From: a virus
IMG/VR virus record: IMGVR_UViG_3300045988_166496
Span: 1-42,947 of that record
Length of the DNA stretch: 42,947 nt
Strand: one strand, 5' to 3'
Position numbers and translations under genes: made by a program. The notes below the pieces were generated by a model. It did no database searches. It saw only the letters and a list, made by a program, of their open reading frames with translations, and was not told the origin of the DNA. Positions 8,903 to 18,051 of this stretch are shown here, in pieces (position 1 is the first letter of the stretch; each line of letters opens with the position of its first letter).

Positions 8903-10150
8903 TTATTCACCTCCTGTTTCATTTTGATATTGTATGCCAGCTAAATTAACTGGTATTGCAGCACCATTTCCTAATAATTTATCTCCACCTTCTTTAGCTT
9001 CTAAATCTAAAAATGCTCTTGCTTCATTAGGTGTATAAATAAAATTACTAACTGCGGTACTAAGAGAATCTATTTGAGTTTTTAAATCTGCTCTTAAAAT
9101 TACTGATACATTAAATTTAAAATATAATCCACTTTCTATTTCTTCTGGTGTTAGTAGTTTATAAGTTACCTCTTCCTCATATTGCTTTAATATATATAAT
9201 AGTGTATCAACATAAAAACTTAATTGCTGTGCTTCCGCTGATGCATAACTAGATTTTGTATAATCCCCTATTTGTGATGGTTTTATTCCAAATGCTGATG
9301 CAATTTGTAATGCACTATATTGCTTTAACTCAAGAAATTGATTATCTGTAAACTTTACATTTAATGGTGTTAATGTTGCTCCAAGTGGCACAGGAATTAA
9401 ATTTTTTATCCCTGCTTTTTCTAATTTTCCCGTTGCATAATCTTCTATACCAGCTAAAAAGGTTTTTACATTTTCATCTGATAAACTTCCTGTATATTGA
9501 ACTACTGCTTTTGCTGTAAATCCATTCTCATAAAGTTTATTTTGTAAAGATTGTGCTTTTACATTACCTTGTATTGTATTTTTTAGCTGACTTCTAACAG
9601 GTATTCCTTTTACTCCATCTAGTGTATTACTTGTTTTAAAATGTAATATTTCTTCACTTGAAAATTTATAAAATTTCTTTCCAGCCGAATATAAATAATA
9701 TATATCAGGTATTTCGCCTAATATAAGTGCATCATCATACCATACTTGCATTTTAGAATCATCTAGAGGCCATAATTGTGTATTTTTACCATATCCATCA
9801 ATTAATGCATATGCATTTCCATTGTGATTTCGGTTAAACTCTATTGTTCCCCAAAATATAGTTCCATTCATAAATTTATTAGGTCTATCTTTTACAATAT
9901 TATAAAGTGGGTGATCTCTCGCTGCTACAACTCCATTTTTATCATTTTTTCTATATAATTTTAATGGTAGCTTCCCAATACTTTCGGTTAAGGTCCTCAT
10001 ACATGCGTAATACGTTGCTTCGCTTAAATCTCTTTCATTTTTAGCATCAATCCCTAAAAAATCTAATAATTGTTGTAAATTTCTATCTGTATAGACACCT
10101 TTCCCAATAAAAGCATTATATGCATTTTTTATTCTAGATGTAAATTTCAT
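8903..10150 (-). CDS. Portal protein (HK97-family type)
   Basis: A 415-aa ORF following the large terminase. RBS is GGGGGTGAG. Confidence 0.85.
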   Translation of the reverse strand: MKFTSRIKNAYNAFIGKGVYTDRNLQQLLDFLGIDAKNERDLSEATYYACMRTLTESIGKLPLKLYRKNDKNGVVAARDHPLYNIVKDRPNKFMNGTIFWGTIEFNRNHNGNAYALIDGYGKNTQLWPLDDSKMQVWYDDALILGEIPDIYYLYSAGKKFYKFSSEEILHFKTSNTLDGVKGIPVRSQLKNTIQGNVKAQSLQNKLYENGFTAKAVVQYTGSLSDENVKTFLAGIEDYATGKLEKAGIKNLIPVPLGATLTPLNVKFTDNQFLELKQYSALQIASAFGIKPSQIGDYTKSSYASAEAQQLSFYVDTLLYILKQYEEEVTYKLLTPEEIESGLYFKFNVSVILRADLKTQIDSLSTAVSNFIYTPNEARAFLDLEAKEGGDKLLGNGAAIPVNLAGIQYQNETGGE

Positions 10151-10165
10151 TTTATCTCACCCCCT

Positions 10166-11917
10166 TTATTTTTTATTCCAACCCATTTTCTCTAAATATT
10201 TATCTAATTCAGACTTAACATCAACATGTTCTTTGTTTTTTCTGTTCTTAATTATAGCTGTATGTGCATCTATCATAGAATCCACTGGATCAATTCTTTT
10301 AAATTTTGCATGTGGTTCTTTATCCACCTTTTTTTCTCCAAATGAATTTTTAACAATCTTCGCATTTATAACACTCCATGTTAATAATTCATTTCTTTTG
10401 TCATATTTTACTTTTTTAGATTTTATAGAAAGTTGCATATCCTCAGTCGCATCATGTAAAAATTTTGCTGATTGAGTTACTATTAATACATCACAACCAA
10501 ACTCCTCTAAATCAGCTAAAACTCCATCTGCATTATGATTGTCTATTCCTATACACTTGTATGTTAATTCGTATTTTTCTTGTAAATCTTTTAAATGTTT
10601 TATTATGAATTTATAATCGTTCTTATAATCCATAATTCCACCAGTTACAGTTATTAATCCTTTTTGCTCCCATAAATCATATGGTGCTATATCTGTTTCA
10701 ATATGCTCTTCTAAACGCCCTCGTGGCATAAATGAGTGAGAATAAATATAATATTCTTCTTCATTATCTATAATATCTTCAAATTCAAGGCATAAGGTTG
10801 TTAAGTCTCCACCAGATGATAAATCTAACCCTACAAAACAACTCTTTCCCCTATAATCTTCTAGTGTTAAGTCTGTTTCACATGCTTTCCAATAATCAGG
10901 ATTTATAAATAAATCATCTGTATTTTGCACCCACATATTTAAACACTTGGTTAAGAAGTCTCTTAAATCACTTCCACCCATATCCTTTGCAGTCTGTGCA
11001 TCTATTTCCAGTTGTTCTATTCCTTCTTGTCTTGAACATAAAAAAGGATTTGCTTTTATCCAATTTTTTTTATCCCAAATGTCGTCATCTTCATCTAAAC
11101 AGTATATGTCCACAAAAAAATCCTCTGCAGTTGCTAAACCTTTGAGGATTTTCACACAATAATCATCCATTTCTTTGCAAAATGAATTTAACTTATCTCC
11201 ACGTGTAGTTATCATTGATACTAATGTTTCTGGTAGTGCACGTGTACCATTATATATAGCTTTATAAATTTTATTATCTTTATGTTGATGTATTTCATCT
11301 ATAGAACTAAATATACTTCTAAATCCATCATCTAGGCCAGCTTCTCTAGATAATGCTTCTATAGTACAATTAGTATTTAATGCTGTTATTAAAGATTTAT
11401 AATCTTGGACTTTGAATATTTCGGCCAAATCCTCATCTACATTAATGAATTTTGACATCTCTTCCCAAGCTAACCTTGATTGTCTTTTTTTTGTTGCTAC
11501 TGTAAATAATTTCCCATAATTATAACCACTAAAAGCTGAAACATATGTCCCCATTATCCCATTTTCAAAAGTTTTTCCATTTTGTCTAGCAACGCTTTTA
11601 TATCTACGTCTAAACCTTCTTTTATTATTTTTTGTCTTATACCATCCAAATGTAGTACCTAAATCAAATGCCTGCTCTTCTATAAGCTTAACAGGTTTGG
11701 GTTCTTCTCCTTCAGCAATTGTCAACGTTTCTGCATAAGAAATAATTCTATTTGCTTTTTCAGCATCATAATAATAAGGAAATTCTTCTGTATTTTGTTT
11801 TTTTAAATCATTTAAATGTCTTTGGCACGCCAATTTATGTAGTTTCCCAGCTACTACCTTTCCGCTAACAACTCTGTTAGCATGTTCTGTTGCTCTATCC
11901 CAAATAACTGCATCCAT
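10166..11917 (-). CDS. terL: Terminase large subunit
   Basis: A 583-aa ORF with a Walker A-like VARQNGKT. Size and synteny fit Terminase_1-type proteins. Confidence 0.9.
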   Translation of the reverse strand: MDAVIWDRATEHANRVVSGKVVAGKLHKLACQRHLNDLKKQNTEEFPYYYDAEKANRIISYAETLTIAEGEEPKPVKLIEEQAFDLGTTFGWYKTKNNKRRFRRRYKSVARQNGKTFENGIMGTYVSAFSGYNYGKLFTVATKKRQSRLAWEEMSKFINVDEDLAEIFKVQDYKSLITALNTNCTIEALSREAGLDDGFRSIFSSIDEIHQHKDNKIYKAIYNGTRALPETLVSMITTRGDKLNSFCKEMDDYCVKILKGLATAEDFFVDIYCLDEDDDIWDKKNWIKANPFLCSRQEGIEQLEIDAQTAKDMGGSDLRDFLTKCLNMWVQNTDDLFINPDYWKACETDLTLEDYRGKSCFVGLDLSSGGDLTTLCLEFEDIIDNEEEYYIYSHSFMPRGRLEEHIETDIAPYDLWEQKGLITVTGGIMDYKNDYKFIIKHLKDLQEKYELTYKCIGIDNHNADGVLADLEEFGCDVLIVTQSAKFLHDATEDMQLSIKSKKVKYDKRNELLTWSVINAKIVKNSFGEKKVDKEPHAKFKRIDPVDSMIDAHTAIIKNRKNKEHVDVKSELDKYLEKMGWNKK

Positions 11918-11920
11918 TAT

Positions 11921-12427
11921 CTACCCTGAATTAAATTTATCAAATTTATTTTTCTTTGGTTCTGGTGCTTTTGGAACTACTAAACGGCATCTACTTGTTA
12001 TAGTTAATCCTAGATCACTCGCTGCCATTCTGCATTGTTTAAAATATCTATCTTGTATTTTTGACACCTCATCTAACTTTTCAACTGCTTCAGCTAATTT
12101 CTTTTCATTTTTTATATCTATTTCTTGTAAACTGTTCAAATCATTTTCTTGTAACTTTCTACTTAAAGAAATATATATATCTAAAGCTATTATATATCTA
12201 GCTAATGCATCACAATCTAAATTAGACATAATATCTAACTCAATCAATTCTTTTGCTATTTTTTTAAATTTTGTTTTTTGTGATCTATTTAAATAAGATG
12301 GTGGTTTAATATTATCTTTTGCAGCTTTTACTTCTGATTCTCTTCTTTCCTCAATAACCTTTTTTGTAAGATGATGTGATTTTCCCTTTGCCAAAATCAA
12401 ATCAACTGGTTCTTTATTTCTTGCCAT
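11921..12427 (-). CDS. terS: Terminase small subunit, P27 family-like
   Basis: A 168-aa ORF beginning MARNKEPVDLILAKGKSHHLTKKVIEERR..., directly upstream of terL. RBS is AAGGAGGTGG. Confidence 0.8.
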   Translation of the reverse strand: MARNKEPVDLILAKGKSHHLTKKVIEERRESEVKAAKDNIKPPSYLNRSQKTKFKKIAKELIELDIMSNLDCDALARYIIALDIYISLSRKLQENDLNSLQEIDIKNEKKLAEAVEKLDEVSKIQDRYFKQCRMAASDLGLTITSRCRLVVPKAPEPKKNKFDKFNSG

Positions 12428-12600
12428 TATTAACCACCTCCTTGAACTTTAAAATATCTACTCCTATGGAATTTAAAAACGGAGTTTTTTCTATAAAGAC
12501 CTCCCCTTGTATCGTTATCCCCTAACTCATTTTGTAGAATTTTAACCACCCCCTGGGTCATTGATTTTAGAGTAACTTTATGCATTTTTATTGTGATTTT
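12428..12600 (-). other. Candidate cos region (GC-richer non-coding gap between the HNH and terS genes)
   Basis: The gap holds G/C-rich tracts (gacccagggggtgg, gagttaggggataacgatacaaggggagg on the minus strand). HNH with a P27-type terS and HK97-type head genes is the known cos-packaging arrangement. Confidence 0.35.
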
Positions 12601-12999
12601 TTACCTCTTTTTATCTTTTTTCTTTATAAATTTACCATGTTTTTTATTATGACAACGTACACATAAACACTCTAAATTATTATAATCAAGTCGTCTTTCC
12701 CAGCCTTCATCGGTCTGTATTGGTACTATATGATGTACTTCTGTGGCTATAGCACCACACTCTTCACATCTATATTGTTTATCTTGTGTGTACTTCATGG
12801 ATAACATTCTCCATTGCGAACTATTATAGAATCTAATATATTTGGGATCTCGTTTCTTATTGTAATTCTTTTGAGCCTTTTTATTAGCTTCCTCTTTTCT
12901 TTTCTCTCGTTGTTTATTAATTGCACTCTGACAATCATTACAATACACCAATGGATATGGTATAAACTTTCCACACTTCTTACAAACCTTTGTTAACAT
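12601..12999 (-). CDS. HNH endonuclease (terminase-associated)
   Basis: CEECGAIATEVHHIVPIQTDEGWERRLDYNNLECLCVRCHNKKH, plus an N-terminal CxxC..CxxC. The ATG at 12999 is preferred over the TTG at 13005. Confidence 0.85.
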   Translation of the reverse strand: MLTKVCKKCGKFIPYPLVYCNDCQSAINKQREKRKEEANKKAQKNYNKKRDPKYIRFYNSSQWRMLSMKYTQDKQYRCEECGAIATEVHHIVPIQTDEGWERRLDYNNLECLCVRCHNKKHGKFIKKKDKKR

Positions 13000-13216
13000 T
13001 ATCAACTAACTCCCTTTTAAAGATATATTCTTTTATTTTATAATCCATAAACTGTATATCTTCTGGTGTTACTAAATACATTTTACCTCTATCATCTTCT
13101 ACTAATCCTTTTGTCGTTCCATCTCTTTCAATAATCCATTTATGAAATAGTGCTTTTTCTTTTCGTATTAAACATGGTCTTAACTCTACTTCGATACTTA
13201 TTACACTGTTTGCCAT
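12980..13216 (-). CDS. Hypothetical protein (78 aa)
   Basis: ORF in the operon orientation. No motif recognised. Confidence 0.5.
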   Translation of the reverse strand: MANSVISIEVELRPCLIRKEKALFHKWIIERDGTTKGLVEDDRGKMYLVTPEDIQFMDYKIKEYIFKRELVDNVNKGL

Positions 13217-13231
13217 TATAATCCCTCCAAT

Positions 13232-13267
13232 AAAAAAAGAACCTTAGTTAATATTACTAAAGGTTCT
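13232..13267 (-). terminator. Intrinsic terminator-like hairpin
   Basis: agaaccttagt / actaaaggttct stem, with a T7 run on the minus strand. Confidence 0.5.
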
Positions 13268-13276
13268 TTAACTTAA

Positions 13277-13576
13277 TTATAAATACTTTGCATATTCTTC
13301 TTTTGTAAGTTTATATTTTTTATTACATTCCTTACATGTAATAATCCCTCCACCTTTTATAATTCCTATAATACCAAGAAGTACAAATACACATGTTAGA
13401 ATTATAAATATAGGTAAACATATCCAACCTATAATAGGAATCCAAATCGAAGCGCAAATACCTAAGAAGCATATAATAGCACTTGCAAACTTCGATGATG
13501 CAGTTGAAGTTATACTTGCTTTTTTACCACACGAAGGACATTTTACTGTATTTGAGTTACTTTTAATTTCTTTCAT
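13277..13576 (-). CDS. Small membrane protein flanked by zinc-ribbon CxxC pairs
   Basis: MKEIKSNSNTVKCPSCGKK...two hydrophobic helices...CKECNKK. Start at ATG 13576 after AGAGGTGA. Confidence 0.6.
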   Translation of the reverse strand: MKEIKSNSNTVKCPSCGKKASITSTASSKFASAIICFLGICASIWIPIIGWICLPIFIILTCVFVLLGIIGIIKGGGIITCKECNKKYKLTKEEYAKYL

Positions 13577-13628
13577 ATATATCACCTCTTATTTCAATTA
13601 TATATGAATAAGAACTATTAGCCAATAT

Positions 13629-13928
13629 TTATTTCAATTCTAACAATAAGCTTCTTAAGTTTTCTTTATATCCTTCATCTTTAACTATCCTAATTAGGCT
13701 TTCTATTTCCCAATCTTTCGGTGTGTTAGGTAGCTTTTTACGTACTGCTAAATCTATTAATGACTTAGCTTTACAGAATGTTCTTATATGTGTATGACCA
13801 TCTCTAAACTTCTTTTTAGTATTATGAATTATATATCCCTTTTTTACTTTATATATTGTAAATTCCTTCCTTTGATATATCTTCTTAGCACCTTCACTTT
13901 TATCGAAGTTTGGTTTTTCACGCATCAT
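13629..13928 (-). CDS. Hypothetical protein (99 aa), first gene after the late leader; start uncertain
   Basis: ORF track. The RBS is weak. The frame stays open for 38 sense codons upstream without an ATG, GTG or TTG. Confidence 0.5.
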   Translation of the reverse strand: MMREKPNFDKSEGAKKIYQRKEFTIYKVKKGYIIHNTKKKFRDGHTHIRTFCKAKSLIDLAVRKKLPNTPKDWEIESLIRIVKDEGYKENLRSLLLELK

Positions 13929-14032
13929 TTCTTCTAGTTTCCAGTAACGTTCTGGAACTTCTATCGTAGCTGTAATAACCTCATTAATATCTTTATAAAC
14001 TTTCCCACCTTTTTCAACTCCTTTAATAAAAT

Positions 14033-14066
14033 AAAAAAGGACTACTTAAATTAAGTAATCCTTTTT
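14033..14066 (-). terminator. Strong intrinsic terminator between the sigma-like activator gene and the late genes
   Basis: aggactactta-aat-taagtaatcct hairpin at 14038-14062, with a T-run on the minus strand. A second hairpin, gtgtca/tgacac at 14068-14084, precedes it. Confidence 0.7.
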
Positions 14067-14189
14067 CGTGTCATTTTCTGACACCTATCAAATCAGTGGT
14101 ATTTTAAATGTTTTTTATTATTTATATAGTAACACAAGTTATGTACACTTTGTGTCTAATATTTGTCTAAATTTAATACATTTTTTGTA

Positions 14190-14624
14190 CTAAATAACTT
14201 TTTTTATTTTTTCTATAGCTTCTACTCTTATTTTCTTGCAATTTGAAGTAGAATTTTCAAGCTTATCAGATATTTCTATCCAAGTTTTATCCTTAAAATA
14301 TCTTAACTCTATAATCTCTTTTTCTAATCTATTTAATACTTCTAAAGCATTATCTATTATTTTTACTTCTTTTACAGCCTTTGATTTTTCTCCTAATAAT
14401 CTATCATATTCTTCATCATGATAAAGTAACCATTGTTCTATCGGTGATGAATTAGTTGGACTTGTCATTACTCTATCATAGCTTATTCCTTCTTTTATGT
14501 ATCCACCTCTTATATATTTATCTTCTATAGCTTCTAGTTCTATTGTTTTATTCTTGATAATAGCTTTATTATATGTATATTCATATAGCTTACGTTCTGC
14601 TTTTATATATGCACTATCTCTCAT
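14190..14624 (-). CDS. Late-gene transcriptional activator, sigma-70 region-4-like (ArpU/RinA-type)
   Basis: A 144-aa ORF with the C-terminal sequence LEKEIIELRYFKDKTWIEISDKLENSTSNCKKIRVEAIEKI. It is the last gene before the late operon. Confidence 0.65.
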   Translation of the reverse strand: MRDSAYIKAERKLYEYTYNKAIIKNKTIELEAIEDKYIRGGYIKEGISYDRVMTSPTNSSPIEQWLLYHDEEYDRLLGEKSKAVKEVKIIDNALEVLNRLEKEIIELRYFKDKTWIEISDKLENSTSNCKKIRVEAIEKIKKVI

Positions 14625-14648
14625 AACATCCCCCTAGACTTAATATTT

Positions 14649-14813
14649 TTATTCTTCTTCCTGTTCTTGCGCTTCCTCCTCAAATGCTAAAGGCCCTTCA
14701 CCAAATAGTTGATAACAAGCTTCTTCATTTGGAAACATAAATTCACATCTACAACCTGTTTCTGAACATTGATAACCTTCATCTTCATCGAATTTTGAAA
14801 ATCTACATCCCAT
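14649..14813 (-). CDS. Small Cys-rich acidic protein (54 aa, not in the ORF track)
   Basis: GGAGG RBS, and its ATG overlaps the upstream stop (TAATG). Sequence is MGCRFSKFDEDEGYQCSETGCRCEFMFPNEEACYQLFGEGPLAFEEEAQEQEEE. Confidence 0.5.
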   Translation of the reverse strand: MGCRFSKFDEDEGYQCSETGCRCEFMFPNEEACYQLFGEGPLAFEEEAQEQEEE

Positions 14814-15439
14814 TATTTTACCTCCAATAATTCTTGATCCTCATATATATTTCCAATTACATGATTGGCATCGGTTTCACTCCATAAATTTTTAGCTACC
14901 TTCTTTTTATCGTTTACTACACACCAGCAACCCTCTATCATTTTTACAATGCCTATAAACTTTGTATCTTCTAACCATTGCTCCATAAATTCTTTTTTGA
15001 CTATATCTCCTTCATATATTTCTTTACCTTCATAGTCCTTTATATTTGTATATTGCATCAATACATAATTGTCATTTTGTATCACATTTTTAAAACTTTC
15101 TTCTGGACACTCTTCATTTCCAACAAAAATTCCATAATCATAAGTATCTTGAGCATTATAATACATCTTACCTATTTCTTTATCCCATGCTCTAAATTTA
15201 ATTATTCTAGAAAAATTAATATTTGTTGCTTGTCTTCTCCATAAAAGCTTTTTATTTTTATCAAAAACTTTTATAATATCAAATCCTGTATTTCCATCAA
15301 CGTCTGTTAAGTCCTCTTTATATGCACCATATTTTATTATTTCTAGTCCTTCTGTTACAAAATGCCCCTCAACGAATCTCATTTCACTTCCTGTTTTCAC
15401 TTGTAAATACATTCCTGTTTTTAAATCTGATTTATTCAT
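14813..15439 (-). CDS. YopX-family protein
   Basis: IKFRAWDKEIGKMYY... is the typical YopX core. RBS is AGGAGGAG. Confidence 0.7.
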   Translation of the reverse strand: MNKSDLKTGMYLQVKTGSEMRFVEGHFVTEGLEIIKYGAYKEDLTDVDGNTGFDIIKVFDKNKKLLWRRQATNINFSRIIKFRAWDKEIGKMYYNAQDTYDYGIFVGNEECPEESFKNVIQNDNYVLMQYTNIKDYEGKEIYEGDIVKKEFMEQWLEDTKFIGIVKMIEGCWCVVNDKKKVAKNLWSETDANHVIGNIYEDQELLEVK

Positions 15440-15569
15440 AATACTCCTCCTTATTACTTTTCTCTATATCTGCCATTGCACATTCAATAGCTTCTATTGG
15501 AGTTATTTTTTCATAGGTTTCCATATATATTTTTGCTAACTCTACTATTTCATCTATTTTACTTAACAT
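15432..15569 (-). CDS. Small hypothetical protein (45 aa, not in the ORF track)
   Basis: AAGGGGGGA RBS 6 nt before ATG 15569. Its stop overlaps the next start. Confidence 0.4.
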   Translation of the reverse strand: MLSKIDEIVELAKIYMETYEKITPIEAIECAMADIEKSNKEEYYE

Positions 15570-15582
15570 ATAAATCCCCCCT

Positions 15583-15900
15583 TTACAAATTTACTAAAAC
15601 TGTATATACCTTGCTTGCTCCTCTACCTTTTTTACAAAATGTATATCCTTCTTGCTCTTGTATATATTCTGCTACTTCTGTTTTCTTTGGTAGCATACTG
15701 TAATATCTAATATAAGCTTCATTTATATCTTGATAATTAACATGTATATTATTTTCTACTAAGTAGTTATAGAACATTTCTATACTCTCAAAATCATCTG
15801 TTTTTGCTACTATATTTTTTATATTTCCTTTTTTATCTCGAAATGTTCTAATTTTGTGATTATCAAGAATTGAAGCATCAAAAGGGTATATCATCATCAT
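15583..15900 (-). CDS. Hypothetical protein (105 aa)
   Basis: ORF in the operon. No motif recognised. Confidence 0.5.
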   Translation of the reverse strand: MMMIYPFDASILDNHKIRTFRDKKGNIKNIVAKTDDFESIEMFYNYLVENNIHVNYQDINEAYIRYYSMLPKKTEVAEYIQEQEGYTFCKKGRGASKVYTVLVNL

Positions 15901-16306
15901 CTATTGCTTGAAATCCGTTTGGATCTAATCCTTGTGTAGGTTCAAAATTTGAATTTTCATCTAAGTTACTTGGATTATTATCATTTTTTACATAATCTAA
16001 AGCTTGTACACTTCTTGTATTCACTTTAGTAAATGTTCTATTTTCTCCTGCTTGAGTTTGATATCTATCTACTCTTAAGCTTCCTTGGATTGCTATTAAT
16101 CTACCTTTTGTTATATAATTTGCACAAAATTCAGCTGCTTTCCCTACAACTTCTATAGGTATGAAGTCTACTTCTCTAGTTCCATCTTTTTTAGTATAAT
16201 CTCTATTTATTGCTAACGTAAATGTTGCAACTGCAGTTCCTGTCCCTGGTATATATCTTAGTTCTGGATCCTTTGTTAATCTCCCCACTAATACCACACT
16301 ATTCAT
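15878..16306 (-). CDS. ssb: Single-stranded DNA-binding protein
   Basis: MNSVVLVGRLTKDPELRYIPGTGTAVATFTLAINRDY OB-fold and an acidic tail ending DDDIPF. The ATG at 16306 follows GGGGGAA. Confidence 0.9.
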   Translation of the reverse strand: MNSVVLVGRLTKDPELRYIPGTGTAVATFTLAINRDYTKKDGTREVDFIPIEVVGKAAEFCANYITKGRLIAIQGSLRVDRYQTQAGENRTFTKVNTRSVQALDYVKNDNNPSNLDENSNFEPTQGLDPNGFQAIDDDDIPF

Positions 16307-16638
16307 ATTTGTTTCCCCCATCTATTCCATTCTTTTTTAAAATCTTCTTTTTTCTTTATAAATGTTTTATCTCCTTTACTACTAATATCTACACATCCAA
16401 TCATTTTTACATCTATAGATAATATACAGTACCCTTTTTCTAATCCATAATTTCCACCATGTAGTATATATGTAATTTCACAAACAACTGCTGAACCTGT
16501 ATATTCTCTATCCCATTCCTTTAAAATTAAAACGTCTCCTATTTGATAGTCTCTGTCGTATTTTCTTATTTCAAATTTTTTTCTACCTTCTATTACTGCT
16601 AAAAAATATTCAGGTAATATTTTTAATTCATGTATCAT
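16303..16638 (-). CDS. ASCH/PUA-like (DUF3850-type) protein
   Basis: MIHELKILPEYFLAVIEGRKKFEIRKYDRDYQIGDVLILKEWD. Confidence 0.6.
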   Translation of the reverse strand: MIHELKILPEYFLAVIEGRKKFEIRKYDRDYQIGDVLILKEWDREYTGSAVVCEITYILHGGNYGLEKGYCILSIDVKMIGCVDISSKGDKTFIKKKEDFKKEWNRWGKQI

Positions 16639-16649
16639 TATTTCACCTC

Positions 16650-16838
16650 CTAAACCTTTTCACAAATACAATTTTTAGGTGCTTTTAATATCCAATCATT
16701 CATAATTTTTTCTGCTTCGTCTTTGCTTTCTACTTTTATTTTTTGTACTCGTTTATCTTTTATCTCGTCCCATATCCATACTTCTTTATATTTTTCTATA
16801 TATAATATAGTGCTATAAGCAGTATATTTATATTTCAT
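16650..16838 (-). CDS. Hypothetical protein (62 aa)
   Basis: ORF in the operon. Confidence 0.45.
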   Translation of the reverse strand: MKYKYTAYSTILYIEKYKEVWIWDEIKDKRVQKIKVESKDEAEKIMNDWILKAPKNCICEKV

Positions 16839-17256
16839 TTTTAAATTTCCACCCCCTTCTTCTCAGCTTCTCTATATGTCTTTCTAAGCCTTCTGTCATA
16901 TAATCCATAACTCCTAACCTATCAATAATGTTTACAACTACTTGTATTACATCATAGCTTTCCTCTATCACATTATCTATCAGTTCAAATTCATTTGTTT
17001 TATATTTAATTACAGCACCTAATAATTCTTCTGTTTCTTCTTTTAATTTTTCTAGTTCAATTTCGAATCCTATTTCTGATGTATCTAAAATAGGAAAATA
17101 AAATCCATGTTTTCCATTCTTAGATACACAATCTTTACACCAATGTATCCCTTCCTTTTCTATTTTATTGGTCTCATTATCAAATACTTTTATTCGCTTA
17201 ATTTCATCTTTTCTCTCTATTTCTTTTCCACAACAATCACATACATATTTAATCAT
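16828..17256 (-). CDS. MazG-like nucleotide pyrophosphohydrolase candidate with an N-terminal zinc ribbon
   Basis: CDCCGKE..WCKDC, then ELEKLKEETEELLGAV...EESYDVIQVVVNIIDRLGV (an EExxE...ExxD pattern). Confidence 0.45.
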   Translation of the reverse strand: MIKYVCDCCGKEIERKDEIKRIKVFDNETNKIEKEGIHWCKDCVSKNGKHGFYFPILDTSEIGFEIELEKLKEETEELLGAVIKYKTNEFELIDNVIEESYDVIQVVVNIIDRLGVMDYMTEGLERHIEKLRRRGWKFKNEI

Positions 17257-18034
17257 TTATATCCCCCTCTTTTCTTGCTTTTTCTAGATTTCCACTTCCA
17301 TATATTGTATATACTTTCGTTCTTAGAGATTTTACTGTTCTATTAGGTATAAAACTTTGAATTGTTTTATAATCATAGCCTTTTTTTATTAATTTTTTTA
17401 GTATATTCATCTCTTCTTGGGTCCATCTTTGCGTATTTTTAATATTTTTTATCACTGGTCTGGTTTTTATGTTTAATCGATGCAATCTATTTCTTATAGA
17501 ATCTTCACTTCTTTGCATTTTTTTTGCTACTTCTGTACAGTTATACTTATATTGACTAAGTAAAAATATTAACCTTTCATCTTCACTTTTAGTCCATAAT
17601 CTCCTTCTATAAGGTCTATTTATTATATCTTTCTGTCTTTTAACTTCTACCCACTCTGGCTCTTTTCCCAATATGTATCGCTCTAATCTTGAAAAATCTA
17701 AAATTTCTTGGTTTTTTTCTGCCCATTTCCAAAATTCATCTATTCTTACTGCTTTAAAATTGCTATTATTGACTTTTTTATTTATTGTTGGTATTTCTCT
17801 ATCTACCCATACCTTTACTGCTTGGCCACATACAGGATATCCTACTACTTTCATCAATTGATTAAGTGTTATATAATCCCCACTTTCTAAAAAAGCTCCT
17901 AGTTTTAACTTATCTCTTTTTGATAATACTGATCCTTCACTTCGATTTAAAGTTTTTGCTATTGTTTTTACACTTATTGTTCCCCAGTTATCTTTTAAAT
18001 AAGTTGTTTCCTCTTGAGTCCAAACTCTACGCAT
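17249..18034 (-). CDS. DNA-binding protein with three SANT/Myb-like repeats
   Basis: RVWTQEETTYLKDNW..., RRLWTKSEDERLIFLL... and QRWTQEEMNILKKLI... are spaced about 80-100 aa apart. Confidence 0.6.
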   Translation of the reverse strand: MRRVWTQEETTYLKDNWGTISVKTIAKTLNRSEGSVLSKRDKLKLGAFLESGDYITLNQLMKVVGYPVCGQAVKVWVDREIPTINKKVNNSNFKAVRIDEFWKWAEKNQEILDFSRLERYILGKEPEWVEVKRQKDIINRPYRRRLWTKSEDERLIFLLSQYKYNCTEVAKKMQRSEDSIRNRLHRLNIKTRPVIKNIKNTQRWTQEEMNILKKLIKKGYDYKTIQSFIPNRTVKSLRTKVYTIYGSGNLEKARKEGDIND

Positions 18035-18051
18035 ATATTCATCCTCCCTTC

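Noticed and set aside
12430-12585. 51-codon minus-strand ORF (MHKVTLKSMTQGVVKILQNELGDNDTRGG...) in the HNH-terS gap
   Set aside because: No Shine-Dalgarno sequence lies upstream, and it overlaps the terS RBS. The region is better explained as the cos or packaging site.
13929-14030. Upstream open extension of the 99-aa late ORF and a possible 15-codon GTG uORF after AAAGGAG
   Set aside because: The extension has no in-frame ATG, GTG or TTG. The uORF is very short and cannot be tested from sequence alone. It is noted under the late-leader finding only.
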